A stretch of 51,592 nt of DNA, the filler included, from Porpidia crustulata (taxonomy: Eukaryota), in NCBI GenBank assembly GCA_964255105.1. It is 2 parts of 2 records of this genome, joined end to end, with 100 filler letters (N's around TTAATTAATTAA, not from the genome) between each part and the next. Parts side by side here need not be neighbours in the genome. Positions count along the whole stretch, not along the records: positions 1 to 25,747 come from CAXUWE010000047.1; positions 25,848 to 51,592 come from CAXUWE010000048.1. One strand, 5' to 3'. A program made the position numbers and the translations under genes. The notes under the pieces were generated by a model. That model ran no database searches, was not told the origin of the DNA, and was given only the letters and a program-made list of their open reading frames with translations. Of the stretch, positions 23,809 to 37,222 are shown one piece after another (position 1 is the first letter of the stretch; every line of letters starts with the position of its first letter).

Positions 23809-24753
23809 TCATGTCTGCTTCACCGTCATCCAAAGAATAGCTACTGCCAATGGCCCGATCCAAAGTAGTGCCCGTTTTAAAAAATTCCTCATTCCTCGCC
23901 TAGCAATGATAGTCATTTTCTCGTGCATCGAGGCTGCCTCATTGACTCTTGGAAATTCCGCGTCTGGTACTTCCTTGACGAGAAATTTGCACAATGGTTC
24001 CCATCCACTACCAAGTCTGTATTCCAGGATTCTTTCTCTCGGTACCAGTCTGCGCACCAACGCATAATGTTCTCGATATTTCTCCTTCGCCTTGCTACGC
24101 ATTTCTGCTGCAGAGCTAACTCCCATCCAGTCTTTCGCCCAACGTACATGAACGTCTCTGATCGGCCCTACAAACCATGGGTCTAGGCTTGCGAGCCAGT
24201 GACCCCATTTACCCCACATGATCATTATAACGGCGTCGTCAAAGCTTTTATACCAGTCATCAATATCACGTTCCATCAACACTACTTTAGCTTCTGGGTA
24301 TGCCGAAATCAACTCTTCGGAGAAAGCGAGCGCTGGAACGTCGGTAACAGCGCCGTAATCCGCCAGGAGCTGATCCCACTGCTTATGAGTAAATTTTTTA
24401 CCTTTGCCGGAGAACTTAGCATCAAAGACGGAGATCCATATTGTGCAATCCCTTACGTGATTGTATAGCGAGAAGGAATGGCAGCAAGGAATCCCGAGAA
24501 GGTTGAAGGCAGTCTGCATAGCTACGAGACGATGTTAAGGATAGAGAGTAAGCTAACAAGACGTGCTGTACTCACACGCAGTGCCGGTGCGCATATAACC
24601 AAGACACAACACCTCCATGGGAACTTGCCGTGTCCGGTTTCCAGGATCGTTGTACGAATCTCGTGCGAAGAGTTCCGGGTGCTTCTCTTGAAGGGTGATT
24701 GTGCGTGGCAAAGTGACGAGGATCAGTTGAGAAGAGTGCAGGACGGGACTCAT
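23809..24753 (-). CDS. Sulfotransferase-like P-loop protein (Sulfotransfer_4 family) with a C-terminal hydrophobic segment
   Basis: MEVLCLGYMRTGTA|SM across one intron; AVTDVP, YPEAKVVL.ERD...WYKS, GWEPLCKFL, FPRVN. Confidence 0.88.
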
Positions 24754-25289
24754 AGGGGCGTAATGGTGATCTCTTATTTGGCGATTGCTCAATAGGGTTC
24801 TTCGCACTGAGACTATGTATGTAGATCTTGATCTGGATATTGATAGTCAGCCAGAGACTCCAGCCCGGTTGAGACCTTTAAGTAAGGAATCGTTCTCAGC
24901 TCACCTGAGAATATTCAATTCATTTCAGGTGCATTGATCTAGGCTTCTGTTAGCCTTGCTGTGTTTCAGATATTGTTGTTCTATACGTCAGTGCCGCGCA
25001 GGGATCGTGACAAAGAGTCGAGAAACACGCCCAAATACATGTTTTTAATGTACTATCCTCGCAGTTTTCAAGGCACCTAGAACGGTCAGTTGCTGCACTC
25101 TGATAGTTTTGGAATTACAAGTACTTATGAACAAGGCAAATTTGCAGACGGCTCAGCGACCCGCTGGATTTGATCAATGTAGTTAAGCTATAGCAAGAAC
25201 ACCGCTGCACAACCGTGCCTCGAAGGACGTCGGCTTTACAGATGTCAAGTCATCGAGCGCATCGGGACCTAATTCGGGAACGCGGCTCG

Positions 25290-25695
25290 TCAGTCATAGA
25301 TTACGGATTTTGCGTTTTGCATCGATGAATACTAATTTTGAGTTTTAACTTATTCGTAATAATACTTTACATATTTTAATATTCTTATTAAATGAAAACA
25401 GCGGTAAGAATCTGACGTATTGAACGTTAACGTTTCTAATTTATCTTTATAAAAGACTATTTTTCAAACTTATTCGTTCCTACCTCCCAACCGTCCATCA
25501 CACCTAGGGTTAGGGTTATAGTGACTAACTTTGATTGAGGCGGACCGTTGAGGGGTGTGGGCCGATGAGGGGTGGAAACGAGTAGTAGGACTCTACTCGT
25601 ATTCACTGTTAGTTCGATCAGTCCTATTACCTATGCTCGAACTTAGCAGTCTGAAGAACTACGACAGACAGCGTAATTTCAAACAAGTCGCGAAT
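25290..25695. repeat. AT-rich degenerate repeat relic with a GC-rich islet
   Basis: AT-rich and non-coding. Contains CCTAGGGTTAGGG...GCGGACCGTTGAGGGGTGTGG and an 8-bp stem hairpin at 25578-25600. Confidence 0.45.
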
Positions 25696-25747
25696 TGTTA
25701 CGATCAGACCTTCCCCAACATCCCCAGCAGCCCACCGGATCAAGGTG
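25696..25747 (+). mobile_element. Terminus of the same LTR-like repeat as 1-51, running off the contig end
   Basis: TGTTACGATCAGACCTTCCCCAACATCCCCAGCAGCCCACCGGATCAAGGT is identical to the reverse complement of 1-51. Confidence 0.7.
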
Positions 25748-25847
25748 NNNNNNNNNNNNNNNNNNNNNNNNNNNNNNNNNNNNNNNNNNNNTTAATTAAT
25801 TAANNNNNNNNNNNNNNNNNNNNNNNNNNNNNNNNNNNNNNNNNNNN
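25748..25847. other. Artificial contig-joining spacer
   Basis: Exactly 44 N + TTAATTAATTAA (stops in all six frames) + 44 N. Confidence 0.97.
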
Positions 25848-28252
25848 AGCTTGATGTTGCGGTGGGCTTTGGTGGGCGCGGGGTCGGTGGGTTTGGCAAG
25901 GGAAACGATGGATTGTTCGAAGAAGAGCTGGAAGGCGTTCTTGAGCGTTTCTTTGTTGACGGCTTCGAAGTAGGAGAGGTCGCCTTGGTGGTAGAGGGTT
26001 TTGCCGAGCTGGTTGGAGCGTTAGGGTGGTGCTGTCCGGGGGTATCTAGGGAAAAAAGGAGGAAAGGGGAGGCGACTTACGAGCTGGGCTTTATCTTGGG
26101 CTTGGAAGAAGTCGACCCAAATTTCGCTCTTCTGATTTGGAGGCGGCGTAAGTCCCATTAAAGATACGGCGCCGAGCCAGGTGGACTCGACAAAGGGCCA
26201 GATGAGGAAACAGTAAAAGTCGTAGTTTTCTCTTCCGCGCGCTCTTTCCGTGTCGCTGAGTTCGGCGGATAGGATCTTACCGGCGGCATTACGGGTGAGC
26301 GTGATGACTTCGTCAGCTTCAAGACCGTTCAGGGTCTTTTCGAGGTTGGTCTGAATGCCGGTTGTGCGATAGATAAACTCACCACGGAAAAGCTGCGAAA
26401 GTTAGTCAAAGGCAGCTGCCAGTGGGTATGGCACTGACCTGAGAGAGGAAAGAGACTTGATCGAATAGTGCGCTGAAAGAGATTCTTTGAACATCAGGGC
26501 CGCCCCCTCGCTTAACTCTTATGTACATTGCAACTGACACGAGCGCCTCTGATATGAACAGATGAATAGTCATGTTCCTATAGAACGACAGTTGAAATCT
26601 ATCAACGGCGTAGTATGTTGTTTCGGCCAGCCCTTCGACTATGCCGACGAGACTCGGCCCCAGCACTTCGAGTCCTCTATCAACGACTACTTGCGTGGAA
26701 ACACCTCCAAAGTGAGCGACTCTGCCTCCTTTACTCCTCACACGGTCACTTAACCACTCTACGCGACGGACAAGCTCGGTCTGACCAACACCACGGCCAC
26801 GAAGTGTGAGGAGTATCGTACCGATCAAAGCCGTAGGCATAACGACCGATACAGCGTTGATGTCTGAAAGTACTCTGAAGCCTAGCGTTCTCAGCAGACG
26901 AACTCTACTTTCGGCACTTTGAGGATCTTTCAAGCCTCCTGTAGGTGATGACTGCATTATACGAGCTCGATGGTCCTCAATGAACCCTCTAAGACTCCAT
27001 GGCTCGTGGAAACGGACATCGACGCGCCCAAGCCGTAACGAAAGTACAGACGATGAGGACAGGAAGTCCTGGAGAGTTTCTTTGGGCTTCGGCTGACCGA
27101 GTAATTCACTAACGTACGACCTGGGATAGTATTAGTGATCGTTGATACTAAGTCCGAAGGAGGCAGTACTCTGTCTCAATGACTTTGTCATACTGTGTGC
27201 TGACCGGGCAAATGATCGCATCATCCACTCGGCCAGAAAGAACACTATCAAGGATGAAGCTTAATATCCCAAACTTCGGCGACAATAGCTTGCCAGTTCT
27301 CGATCGCCCGCCTTCAATGAAGCATTCCATATTGAACCCATTCTGTAGTAATGTATCAATGTACGACTGCACGAGAGTAGTATACAGCGCGTCGTTGCCG
27401 AAGCTCCGTCGAATCCACATGGCGCCAGCATGTTGGAGAAAGGAACCAACAACGGGAAGATTTAGATTATCTCCAGCTACGACCGTCGGTAGAGCTATTC
27501 CCAGGCGGAAACATATGATTTGCATTGAGACATAATCGACATGTGATCTATGACACGGTAGAAAAATGATTGAATGTTTCTTCTTTACTGCTTGTTCTGC
27601 AACAGATCGTAGACGGAGTACTTCTTCGCTGGAAACGTGAATGCCTGCATTTTCCCAGCAGTCAGCTGAATTCATCAAAACTTTTTCGAAATCAACGATC
27701 TATACCTTGATGATATGCCCGCGTCAACAATTGGGTACAAAAATAGTATGCCCCACGAATAAACCTTCTACTCTCTGGCTTGAAGATCATCCCGTCCGTC
27801 AAATCCGTAGCAACTTTATACAGGCTTACTGTAATCTCCTCTCTCCTTTGCGCGACTCTCCTGACTCGCTCACTACCTTCCCCCAAAAGCCCCTGCTTCT
27901 CTTCGACCTCGACCCTCTTTGCCGCTAACTCTTCGATCCGTCGTTTGAGCATCGGCGCCCTCATAACCATAGCCTTCATATTCTCTGTGAAGCCTTGATA
28001 ATATATTGGCTGGCCAACTGGATCGTCGTAGGCCCGCCATCCTGTGCCAGAAACATGAAGGCTTACTTCTCGGAGAAAGTCAAGGGGGGATTCGCGGAAG
28101 CGAGCCATATGCCCGACGAGATTCTGCTCAGGATCGGCATCTTGGAGGGGAGGAGGCTCAACAAAGCCACTAGGGTGAATTGTGATGTGGTTTCCTAGTA
28201 TCTCAAGATCCGGTGCCGAGGATGGGGAGCTCGGTGGTCTTGGGGAAGACAT
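25848..28252 (-). CDS. Glycerol-3-phosphate / dihydroxyacetone-phosphate acyltransferase (PlsB/GNPAT-like); 3' end truncated by the contig edge
   Basis: Acyltransferase motifs FLPCHRSHVDY (HxxxxD), GAMWIRR, FIEGGRSRTGK. Multi-exon. Confidence 0.9.
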
Positions 28253-28686
28253 TTTGGCGGAGCGTTGCCAGCTTCGGCTTTGAATGCTATCGAATTGGCG
28301 ACATATTTAGCAGAGTAAAGAACGACAGTCCCTTCGATATTGAGACTTGATAATCTATGCACGGGTTTCTTGGAAGTTGAAGAATGATTGCATTGGGACG
28401 TAAAGACATTGACCGAGGAGGGCAACTTGAACGGCGCTAAACCCCACATTCTCGGTCACTCCCGGACCCACCCAGTGACGAGCTATCATACCCCACCTTG
28501 CCCACTATGTATAAGGTATGCGAGGGATGACAAGCAGTCGTTAAATTTGCGATGAGCTACCTACTTCGTGAGTAGCTATCTAGTGGGCATGTCCGCCAGC
28601 GAAGTATACATCTACCATAGCCGTTGAAAGTCAAGCGAAAGCCACCACGAATCTCTGCTGGGAACCACGAGAATACTCACGGAAGC

Positions 28687-29327
28687 ATGGCACTATCGAC
28701 AGTGCTTTACAATATCTTCTCGCTACACCCAGTAGACGTAGATCCGTCAGTCCCATGTCTTCCGTCTTCCTGCTCAGATCCCACCTCTTCCACACAGAAT
28801 GCCAGACTAATGTCTCCAAGCACTTCCTCCCGACATCCCGTCCTCAGTCGCCCCTTCCTTACTCCCCTGCTATTCCCCAACGACTCCTCGGATGCCCGCG
28901 ACCACTGCGCCAATGAGCGTACCTTCCTGTCTTGGCTCCGTCTTTCCATCTACATGTCCATCGTTAGCGTCGCCATCATCATTTCATTCCACCTGAAATC
29001 CCAGCCCACGGCGGTGGAGCGGCGAGTAGCACTCCCAGTCGGATTGTTGTTTTGGGCGTTGAGCTTGGCATGCTTGGTCAGTGGGGTAGCAAATTATGTG
29101 AAGACGGTGGAGAAGTATTCGAGGAGGAGGGCGCTGGTGCAGAGTGGGTGGAAGACGCAGGTGGTGAGTGCTGTATTTTCTCTAACGCCGAGGTTGAATA
29201 ATAGAGAGCTGGACGGCAATAAGACGGTGGAAAGCTAACGCTGTAAGATCAGGTATTCACAATTGTAGCTACGGCAATTGTGGCTGTTTGTGTATTATTC
29301 TTATCAACGAACGCGGCTCAAAAGTGA
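28687..29327 (+). CDS. DUF202 (YidH-like) membrane protein
   Basis: ARDHCANERTFLSWLR followed by TM helices; last exon VFTIVATAIVAVCVLFLSTNAAQK*. Start codon uncertain. Confidence 0.85.
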
Positions 29328-29942
29328 CGATGGGTACTCATAGAATTCAAGGGTTCCGATTCTCGACTTCGACAATCAAAGCAAGTGCTAATCAACTGTC
29401 TACCACGGACTCACTACACCTTGATCAGCGTGACACCGACACTCGTATGCCAATCTAGCCGATCTCGGCACGGAGTCAAAGACCGAGGTCATGGTGGTGA
29501 CTCCAATCGAATAAGATATTGCTGATAAGATGCACCGAAATAATAAAGAAATATTCCAAATGTTGAAGGTCAATGCCGCAGTGTCGCAAATTTCTGACCA
29601 GGCATCCTGAATTCGAAAGCTCTTAAAGTCGTTATATTGATGGCTAAGATATCTATAAATCGAAGCCTAGAGGAGCCTACCAACAGGTACAGAGATACAT
29701 GACTCGCTAAGCTACTAAAGAATGTCTGAAGGAAATCTGAAAAGCAACCGAACTAAAATTGGGTAAGTGGCCGGATCGACCAAAAAAATCCAAAGCAAAC
29801 ATGGCTGATGTTGAATAGCCGAAATTGACACTCCTGAACATAAATCTTCGCCATACTCTTAACACTCACAACTCGCAGCCGTACCGATTGAATGATTCAC
29901 TACGCAATCTAGAATTGTAGCATCATTTAGTCACATCGCGAC

Positions 29943-30923
29943 TCATACCACGTGTGGAAGCTCTTGCTCAGCAAGCCTCATGTTTATCTTGAGGCATTCT
30001 CCGTCCGCCAATGAGTCCGTATCTCGAATGAATGTTAAGGGCTTGGGGCTGCGAATCATGATATCCAGGTCGATCGGCTTTGGGGCTCTCTTCAAAGAGA
30101 TCTTCTTTACCATCTCAAAGCCTAGTTTACCATAGATCACTGGATTACGATCGTTGCTGCTCTCGAGATAAATTGTATGGCCAGTTATATCAGCCTGTGA
30201 TTCTCATGTGAGTCATTATTTTTGGATGATAACAAAAGGTAGCCTTTGGTTTATCCTTGGGTATCTGATGTCCATAGAGATCTTTAATTTGACTTACTTG
30301 CTTCTTGACACTATCAATCAGAACTCTGGCATACCCTTTGCCTCTTGAGTCGTTCTTAGCCCCGATATACACGAGGTACCAAGAGTCACTGTCGAGAGGC
30401 CCTAAAACCTCGTACTTTGTATCATGTAGGAGTGGAAGGAACTCATCAAAGAAGCGCTTCCTGCCTTCAGCCGATAGCTCGCGGCTAAGTCTCCACATGC
30501 CGCTGCGCAATTTAGTAAAAAAGTCATCAGCTATTGCTCCAGGGGGTAACCTGTCTCCATGGCCCACGATCAGATCTCGGAAGTCGAAGATTCCTGACGA
30601 AAAACTCACCATAGAGCAACACAGTCATAATTCGGACCCACGGTGGTCGCCAAACCTCTGAGGCAGTGCGCGTACACGACTTTTTCTAGAATGCTAACGT
30701 GCAGATCCCACTTTTGCTTAGGAGTCAACACGCGATCTCCAGTCTCGATGAAGTACATGGCAACATCGTCCGCAAAGAATGCTTCAGCAAGAGTATGCGC
30801 CGCTTCCTTGTACTCATCTAGCCTGAGAATACGAGCATGCTTGCTATTGTCTAGGGCGAGGGGTTGCGTCATTGGCATCGTGGCTTTGGTTTCAATAGTG
30901 ATAGCTGAGCCTAGTTTCTCCAT
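29943..30923 (-). CDS. GNAT-family N-acetyltransferase; 3 exons
   Basis: AAHTLAEAF, CVALW, WYLVYIGA...RGKGYA (acetyl-CoA motif A), YLESS, IYGKLGF. Confidence 0.88.
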
Positions 30924-32293
30924 TTTGTAGAAGATCTCGACTAAGTTATAGAGACGTATTCTGCTTGTCTCGTAGGATATCGGTCGATGAGTGGGTAGGG
31001 CTTTGCTCTCTTTCGTACTATGGTAAATGAATCTGGTCATAGGTATTAAGATCCTATAATACTTAGTTGGAATCTATCACATACTTGGTCGTTTGATAAC
31101 GCCGGCAATGGCTTCAATGGCGATCAATTGGCCTTGTTAAATCTCCCGTATGCTGTTTAGACAATTGGGATCTCGAGACCGTCTCAAAACGGGACGGAAA
31201 ACGCAAGCAGGTGAGGGATTGGCGTGTATCAACCGACATCAACGCAGATGTTGAAGGATACAGAGGTTGGGAAGGGGAACAACGCTTGATGTGTACTTCT
31301 TCACCCGATATGGAAGAACGAGGTGAGGAGATGAAAAGTAGCTTAGATAGACTTGGGCAATTGGTGAACACCCAATGAAGTTGGAATATAGTAGTATATG
31401 AAGACGGTGACTTGACGTTTATATAATTATCACGCCGAAGTACTTGATGGCTGATCAATTTTTAAAGTAGAGCAGGCAAAGCTATACAAATTCAAGGCTT
31501 GAATCCAGGGTATAGAAATCAGCAATGTACGTTGTGCAGGAGTAGCGACTCGAATTAAGTATCCTCGGTGGCACTTTTTCAATCGAAACGAATCACCTTG
31601 TGATTGAAGGGTCTTCCGAACGGCCCGTGCAGGAGGCGGGCAATTTAGGTGCATCTGACCAGTGTGGAAGCGCTGTACTGCTGGGATGTCATCCTGGGAC
31701 TCTGGAGAACCAATAGTCGGCTTAATCTCAGCTGATAAGAAAAACCGCCTGGCCGAATGGATGATATGTACCTGCCAGCGAGTACGAATAGAACACGCAC
31801 ACTGTTTGCCTTTTATGCAGCTTGTGTGGAGAGGCTCAAACGTCGCATGGATATTCGGAGAATTATACACATGCAGTTTAAATGATTAATTGATTGGCTT
31901 TCAAATACCTGCTGGTAATTCACACCGCCTCAAGATCACTCATTGGAGATGATTTAAGGTTCTGTCCGGCTATACATGCTTTATTGGGTATAGCAGTCTT
32001 CGATAAGCCCTAGAAAATCCAGATGGGGGACGACGACTAAGTACGTTGGAATTCTGATGAGATACCTGATAGTAGACGTGCTAGGCAGCTAGGTAAGTAG
32101 GCTACCATCACAGCTTCAGGAATTCGATAAACGCAATGATTCTCGCCTGCCGTTATTCCTCTCGCCATAGCTACAGGATGGGAGTATTCAGGAAGCTATC
32201 AACGATCCATTAACATATCGAAGCTATACCAACACATCGAACCTACGTTCAAGGCTTCAATACTTGCGCTTCTAGGACGCTCAAAGTTTGTAT

Positions 32294-33194
32294 TCACATC
32301 CTTCGAATCCCAGTTTCTCCCTTGTACTTCTCCAGCCCGTTGTCCAAATGCCCCCACCATTCAAAGAGCATCGACTCGCAAATCAATCTGAACCACGGGG
32401 TGAATTTGAGGGTGTCGTCTTTGAACATGGCCTTTAATTCCGGCTCTGAAACATACCGTGTGTCTTTCGCCTCGTTGGGATTTGGATCGACGTCGACGTC
32501 TGCTTTGATGAATAGTATGTAATCAACTAGAAAAGATTGTGTCAGACTTGAAGCTACGTAGCCTACAACGTCCAAGGTCTTACTCTCATGCTCTCCCCAT
32601 TTGCCATCACTTGGCGCCTTATAGTGGATTCGGGTGAGAAATTGGAATGCCTCCAATGGCACCTGTTTCGATTTGATCCCAAGCTCTTGATCTAGCTTTC
32701 TTTGAGCTGCCCTTCGGACGCCCTGTACAGCTGCATCTAGGTCGGCGCCGGTCTCCCCGGGAATGCCCAATGGGTGTGAGCAGCATGTGTTTGTCCACAT
32801 GTCCGGGAAAGTTATCTTCTCAGAGGCTCTCTGCTGCAGAAGCAGTCGATTCTTGGAGTCGAAGAGGAAGACGGAAAATGCGCGATGTAGCAGTCCGTCG
32901 TTGATGTTCTTCATCAGATGGCCTCCGAAGATGTCAGCAAGAAGCCGCATGCACCGTGAGATGATAACGATACATACAAACTTTCTTGCTCGCGCTGCCT
33001 ATAGGCTTATCGTCGGGATCTAGGACAATACACACCTCCTCCATGAGTCGAACCTGTTCCTCGTCATATCCGGCTAGGTCGCTATCGCCGGTAGGGACTT
33101 TGTGATCGCTTGCCAAACTGGTGTTCACATCTGGGAAGAGCCTAGTCACATTTTCGGCAGTAACTGTCTCTGTCTGAGTTGCTGTTAAACTCAT
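32294..33194 (-). CDS. IDI1: Isopentenyl-diphosphate delta-isomerase (type 1)
   Basis: GLLHRAFSVFLF, KITFPDMWTNTCCSHP, WGEHE|(V/I)DY, FTPWF. Two introns. Confidence 0.97.
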
Positions 33195-33883
33195 ACTGAT
33201 GTTTCTGCACCTAATAAACTTAAGAGTAATGCACTGTATGTACTTCTTTTGCTAGATACACTTGCACACTGAGTAGTTGCTGTGTAATGTCATGGTGAGC
33301 GTTCGGGTGCTATCGGCTGAAAGATAGCTGACTGCAAATCTTCAACTAGAGATGCAGTAAGCATTTAGTTTCGAAGGATCAAGGTAGTCACCAATTGTGG
33401 CAAAGTGAGCTAAAGTTATTTGGTAGAAACATCTCTGCTCTGCCTAGATACTCCATGGTGCCTGGCTGCTTAATTTATGAAACACATAGACAAAACAAAT
33501 ATAATAATCTTCAGGTCAAGGGCTACAAACTCTAGTGGCTCTACTGAAAATTCGTAATATTTATCTAGCTTTGTCGTTAGGAGGTGGGGGTCAATGAAAG
33601 ATACTTACACCATGCTAGATAGTTTACGCAATGTGTGATTATCTGCGTCGACCAGCAATGAGTTGCGACGAGTTCGAGAGTCACTACTAAATTATGTTTG
33701 GTATCTCAAGTGATGGACTTGATAAGCTTGGTTCATCGTGATCAGAGAGAAATAATTGCTTTTCTACTATGGCAGCTTACCTTACTCGTACCATTTACTA
33801 GTTGTCAAAAACCCAAATTGCGAAGCAAACTCTGAGACCAACTTCGCGTTTGCACATCACAGTGTACACGCATCAATTCCAGC

Positions 33884-34125
33884 TTCCTATCTGCTTAACG
33901 TCCTGTTCAGCGCCCTATCTGCTCAATACCCCACTCAGTCCTCTATCTACTTGATGCTCTGCTCAGCGTCTTGCTCAGCGCTCGATCCACTCAATATTCT
34001 ACTCAGTACTCCGCCTACTGAAAAACTGAGTGGAAGTTTGAGCGGCAAGGGCGCTAAACATGACATCGAGCACGTGGGGCACTGGCAGGATATTGAGCAG
34101 GTAAGACGCTGAGTAGGATATTGAC
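33884..34125. repeat. Degenerate palindromic array of short CTCA/TGAG-containing units
   Basis: 33904-33938 is an imperfect inverted copy of 34026-34060. CTCAGCGTCTT and TCAATATTCTACTCAG have inverted partners at about 34103-34124. Confidence 0.6.
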
Positions 34126-34497
34126 CAAGCATGGTACTGTGATTGCGGTATTAGTTTTGGATTTGATTTCCTGGATTTCACAAACTCGAATATCGGTAAA
34201 CGGTCAATCGGAAAAGCAGAAAGCTATTCGATTTTCTTCGATTGATATGGACTGCCATAGTCTCGTCCGTATATATCATATTGCTAGGTGACGAGCTTTG
34301 GGTGCAGATTCCCACAACAGGAAACTTAATCGTACACCTGATAGCTCTCAGCATCGGAGTGATCGATAAATATCTGCCCATTTTGTTGCAAAAAACACAC
34401 ATATTTCCAGGAAGCAAGATTTGAGTATCACTCTCGGGTTCTGGACTTTAAGACTCGGAATATGCATTCTTCCTGCGGTGGGTGGCGCATAGTCTCC

Positions 34498-36819
34498 TTA
34501 GCACCTCTCGAAAACCTTGTATAACCCCTTTAGATTTGCCACCTCCACCACTCCCTTCAACAAGCCCTTAGTGGCGATCAACCTCGCTTTGAAAGCGGGA
34601 AAGAGAACGTGCTCCATGGTTCGTTCAAGCTCCTGTATTCTTTTTTGGTTACGAACATCTGCTGTACTCTTTACCCCAATGTCTGTATCTTCGTTTCCTT
34701 GTTCAGGTGCCGTTATTTGCTCTGGAGTATAGAATGCCGCCAGCTCCGTCAAAAAAGAACGAAAGCAATTTTTCTCATCGTTCCATTCTACGCAAGGGCC
34801 CAAACGCATAAGAAACCGCGGTAGCTTGGCTAGACTGGGCGTGTAGTCCTTCAGCAATAAAGGAATGCTGACGAGATTGCCTTCAGGTGTGACTTCGATT
34901 GAGAAGTACTCGAGCAGCATTTCCCTACGAGCTACCAAGTGCTTGGTAACTAGGTCGGCCACTTCATTCCACTCAAGTCCTTCAACAGGATCATTCACTC
35001 TCTCTATCTCTACACCTATACTGATAAGCTCCTTTATATCCAGCGCAGGTTCGAACCTGATGGCTCCGAAATTGCCAAAGTCTGTAAGACCGAGTTGGTA
35101 AAAGTATTCGTTACAGATCATGCCATAGTCCACGAGGAAAAGCTTCACACCTCCTTGAATAGCGACGATACGGCGCTGCGGATCGACAAGCCCGACATAG
35201 GTATGAGATGCGAAGATTTCTGTGAGTGAGGCATGCATTGCGTCGCGAACTGCAGCGCGCAGCTCCTTGACGGTAGAGAGACGGCAATGGGTTTGCGCCC
35301 GGGGAGACACGATATAGGGATCTGAAAGGCTGATCGATAGACTAGCGGTAGAAGAGGGGGGAAGCATCGAGGTTATCTTTCGAGTGTTAGGATCTGTGCG
35401 AACGAGATTATTTTCCAAGGGTTTCATTGGTGTTGAGGTGGATGAAGGAGTCTTTTGCAGGATTTTCCGGCCCTCAAATCGTGTGTTTGGGAGATTTGAT
35501 CCAGCAGTCTTTGCACCAGGGATAAGGGATTGGGTCATAAAGGTTCGGCTCGTGTCAACATGGGACAGCTTCGTTCGTATCTCGTCACAGATACTTTCGA
35601 CGATCTCTTCCTCGTTCAGGAAGTTGACTTCACGCTTGGTCGGATGGACGTTGACATCGACGCGCTGAGGGTCGATATCTAGGCTCAAGTAAACAAAAGG
35701 ACGGCCTCCTTTAGGTAGGAATGTAGAGTATGTCTGTTCAACGGCTTTTTTGATCGCCGAGGATTCCACAGAGCGATGGTTGATGAACAGAAGCAGCATT
35801 GTTTTCTTCACGTGATAATTGACGTTGGTAGTCCAGCCCGATGCCTTAAAGCCCCATTTGTTGTCACTAACGCTGAATTCAATGAGTTCATTGGCAATAG
35901 CACTTCCATGGATTTGGCGAATGCTGTCTACGGTACTAGCGTTTGAGGGTGTAGAGATGCCCATTGTGGAATCTCCATGCTTCTTACACGAAAAGGCAAC
36001 GCCCGAGCAGTGGATTGCGTAGCGTCCCACAACATCTAGGATTTTGGCATACTCTTCACTTGGAGATTTGAACGCCTTTTGACGGGATATGACATTGTAA
36101 AATAGATCCTCAACCTGCATCAAATTCAGTAGGGAAGAAACGAGATATAATTAGGCTAATCACCGTAATCTGAGTTCCACCTCGCCCAGCTGTGGGCTTA
36201 GGATCAGCGCTTTGCCCGGGTTTTGCTGGAACTAGCTTGCCATCTCCATAATGAGCACGCCACGCGCAGCTCGAATCTGCTCTTTTGGTAGTAATAGTCA
36301 GATGGGCGATATGGCTAATGCTAGCCAATGCTTCGCCCCGGAAACCATAAGTTCCAATAGAGGTCAAGTCCTCGAACGACTTGAGCTTGGAGGTTGTGAA
36401 TCTCTCACAAAGTATCGGCAGATCGTCTTTCTGAGGGATTAATCATCAGCTGTGGCTACCACCGGTAAGACTCAAAGCGTGGTTGACAGACATCGATACC
36501 GTGTCCATTGTCAGTTATCTGAAGCAGCTTTAGGCCTCCGTCTTTGACAAGTATTTCCAAAGACGTCGAGCCAGCGTCAACAGCATTTTCGATGAGTTCT
36601 TTCAGAGCATGAACAGGCGCTACAATAATCTCTCCAGCTGCGATCTTATTTACGACGTCTTGGTCAAGTGCCTAGCCACGACCATCAGCCGTGGCTTGTG
36701 GCTCTGGTCTCAGACGATCCTACCTTGATCCGTTTGGGAGCTTGGCTTATTGAGCCATCATCAATTACTTTTCTTTTCGTACCACGATGTTCATTACCAT
36801 CGATATCCATCTCCGACAT
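34498..36819 (-). CDS. MLH1: DNA mismatch repair protein MLH1 (MutL homologue)
   Basis: [46 protein letters not shown], and the diagnostic C-terminal FERC. Confidence 0.98.
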
Positions 36820-37222
36820 AATGTCAATAATGGTTCAATTCATACAAGCCTTATGGATGCAATTCCTCTATCTTTTGTTATTGCTGGCCTACAGCTTTGA
36901 GCATCTTTTCAGCCTCCCAACGCAATAGTCTGACATGGTCAATGAACGTTGAATGGATAATGCTGGAACTCCCGTTCGTGGAAGTGTGACATTTGGCGCA
37001 GGCTTGCTAGCGCGAGCGCTTTTACCACGCTAGTGTATTGAATACCTAATCAAGGATGTTGGTTACTGTGCACTCGTTTGGAGCATAGCTAAACACATGC
37101 GCTATGACACTTGAAAACAGATCTCAATATAAGAAACTCCAAGGTACTCACTAATTGACTTCTACGTATGCTGGAGCATGTGTGCAGCGCTCCTTGGGAG
37201 CCTTTGATAGCTCGACAAGGAT

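Noticed and set aside
25503..25517. Telomere (CCTAGGGTTAGGGTT; also CTAACCCTAGGG at about 254)
   Set aside because: Only about two units, internal and not at a contig end.
1..25747. Starship giant transposon
   Set aside because: No tyrosine-recombinase (DUF3435) captain is visible at either end, and the termini are LTR-like inverted copies facing outward.
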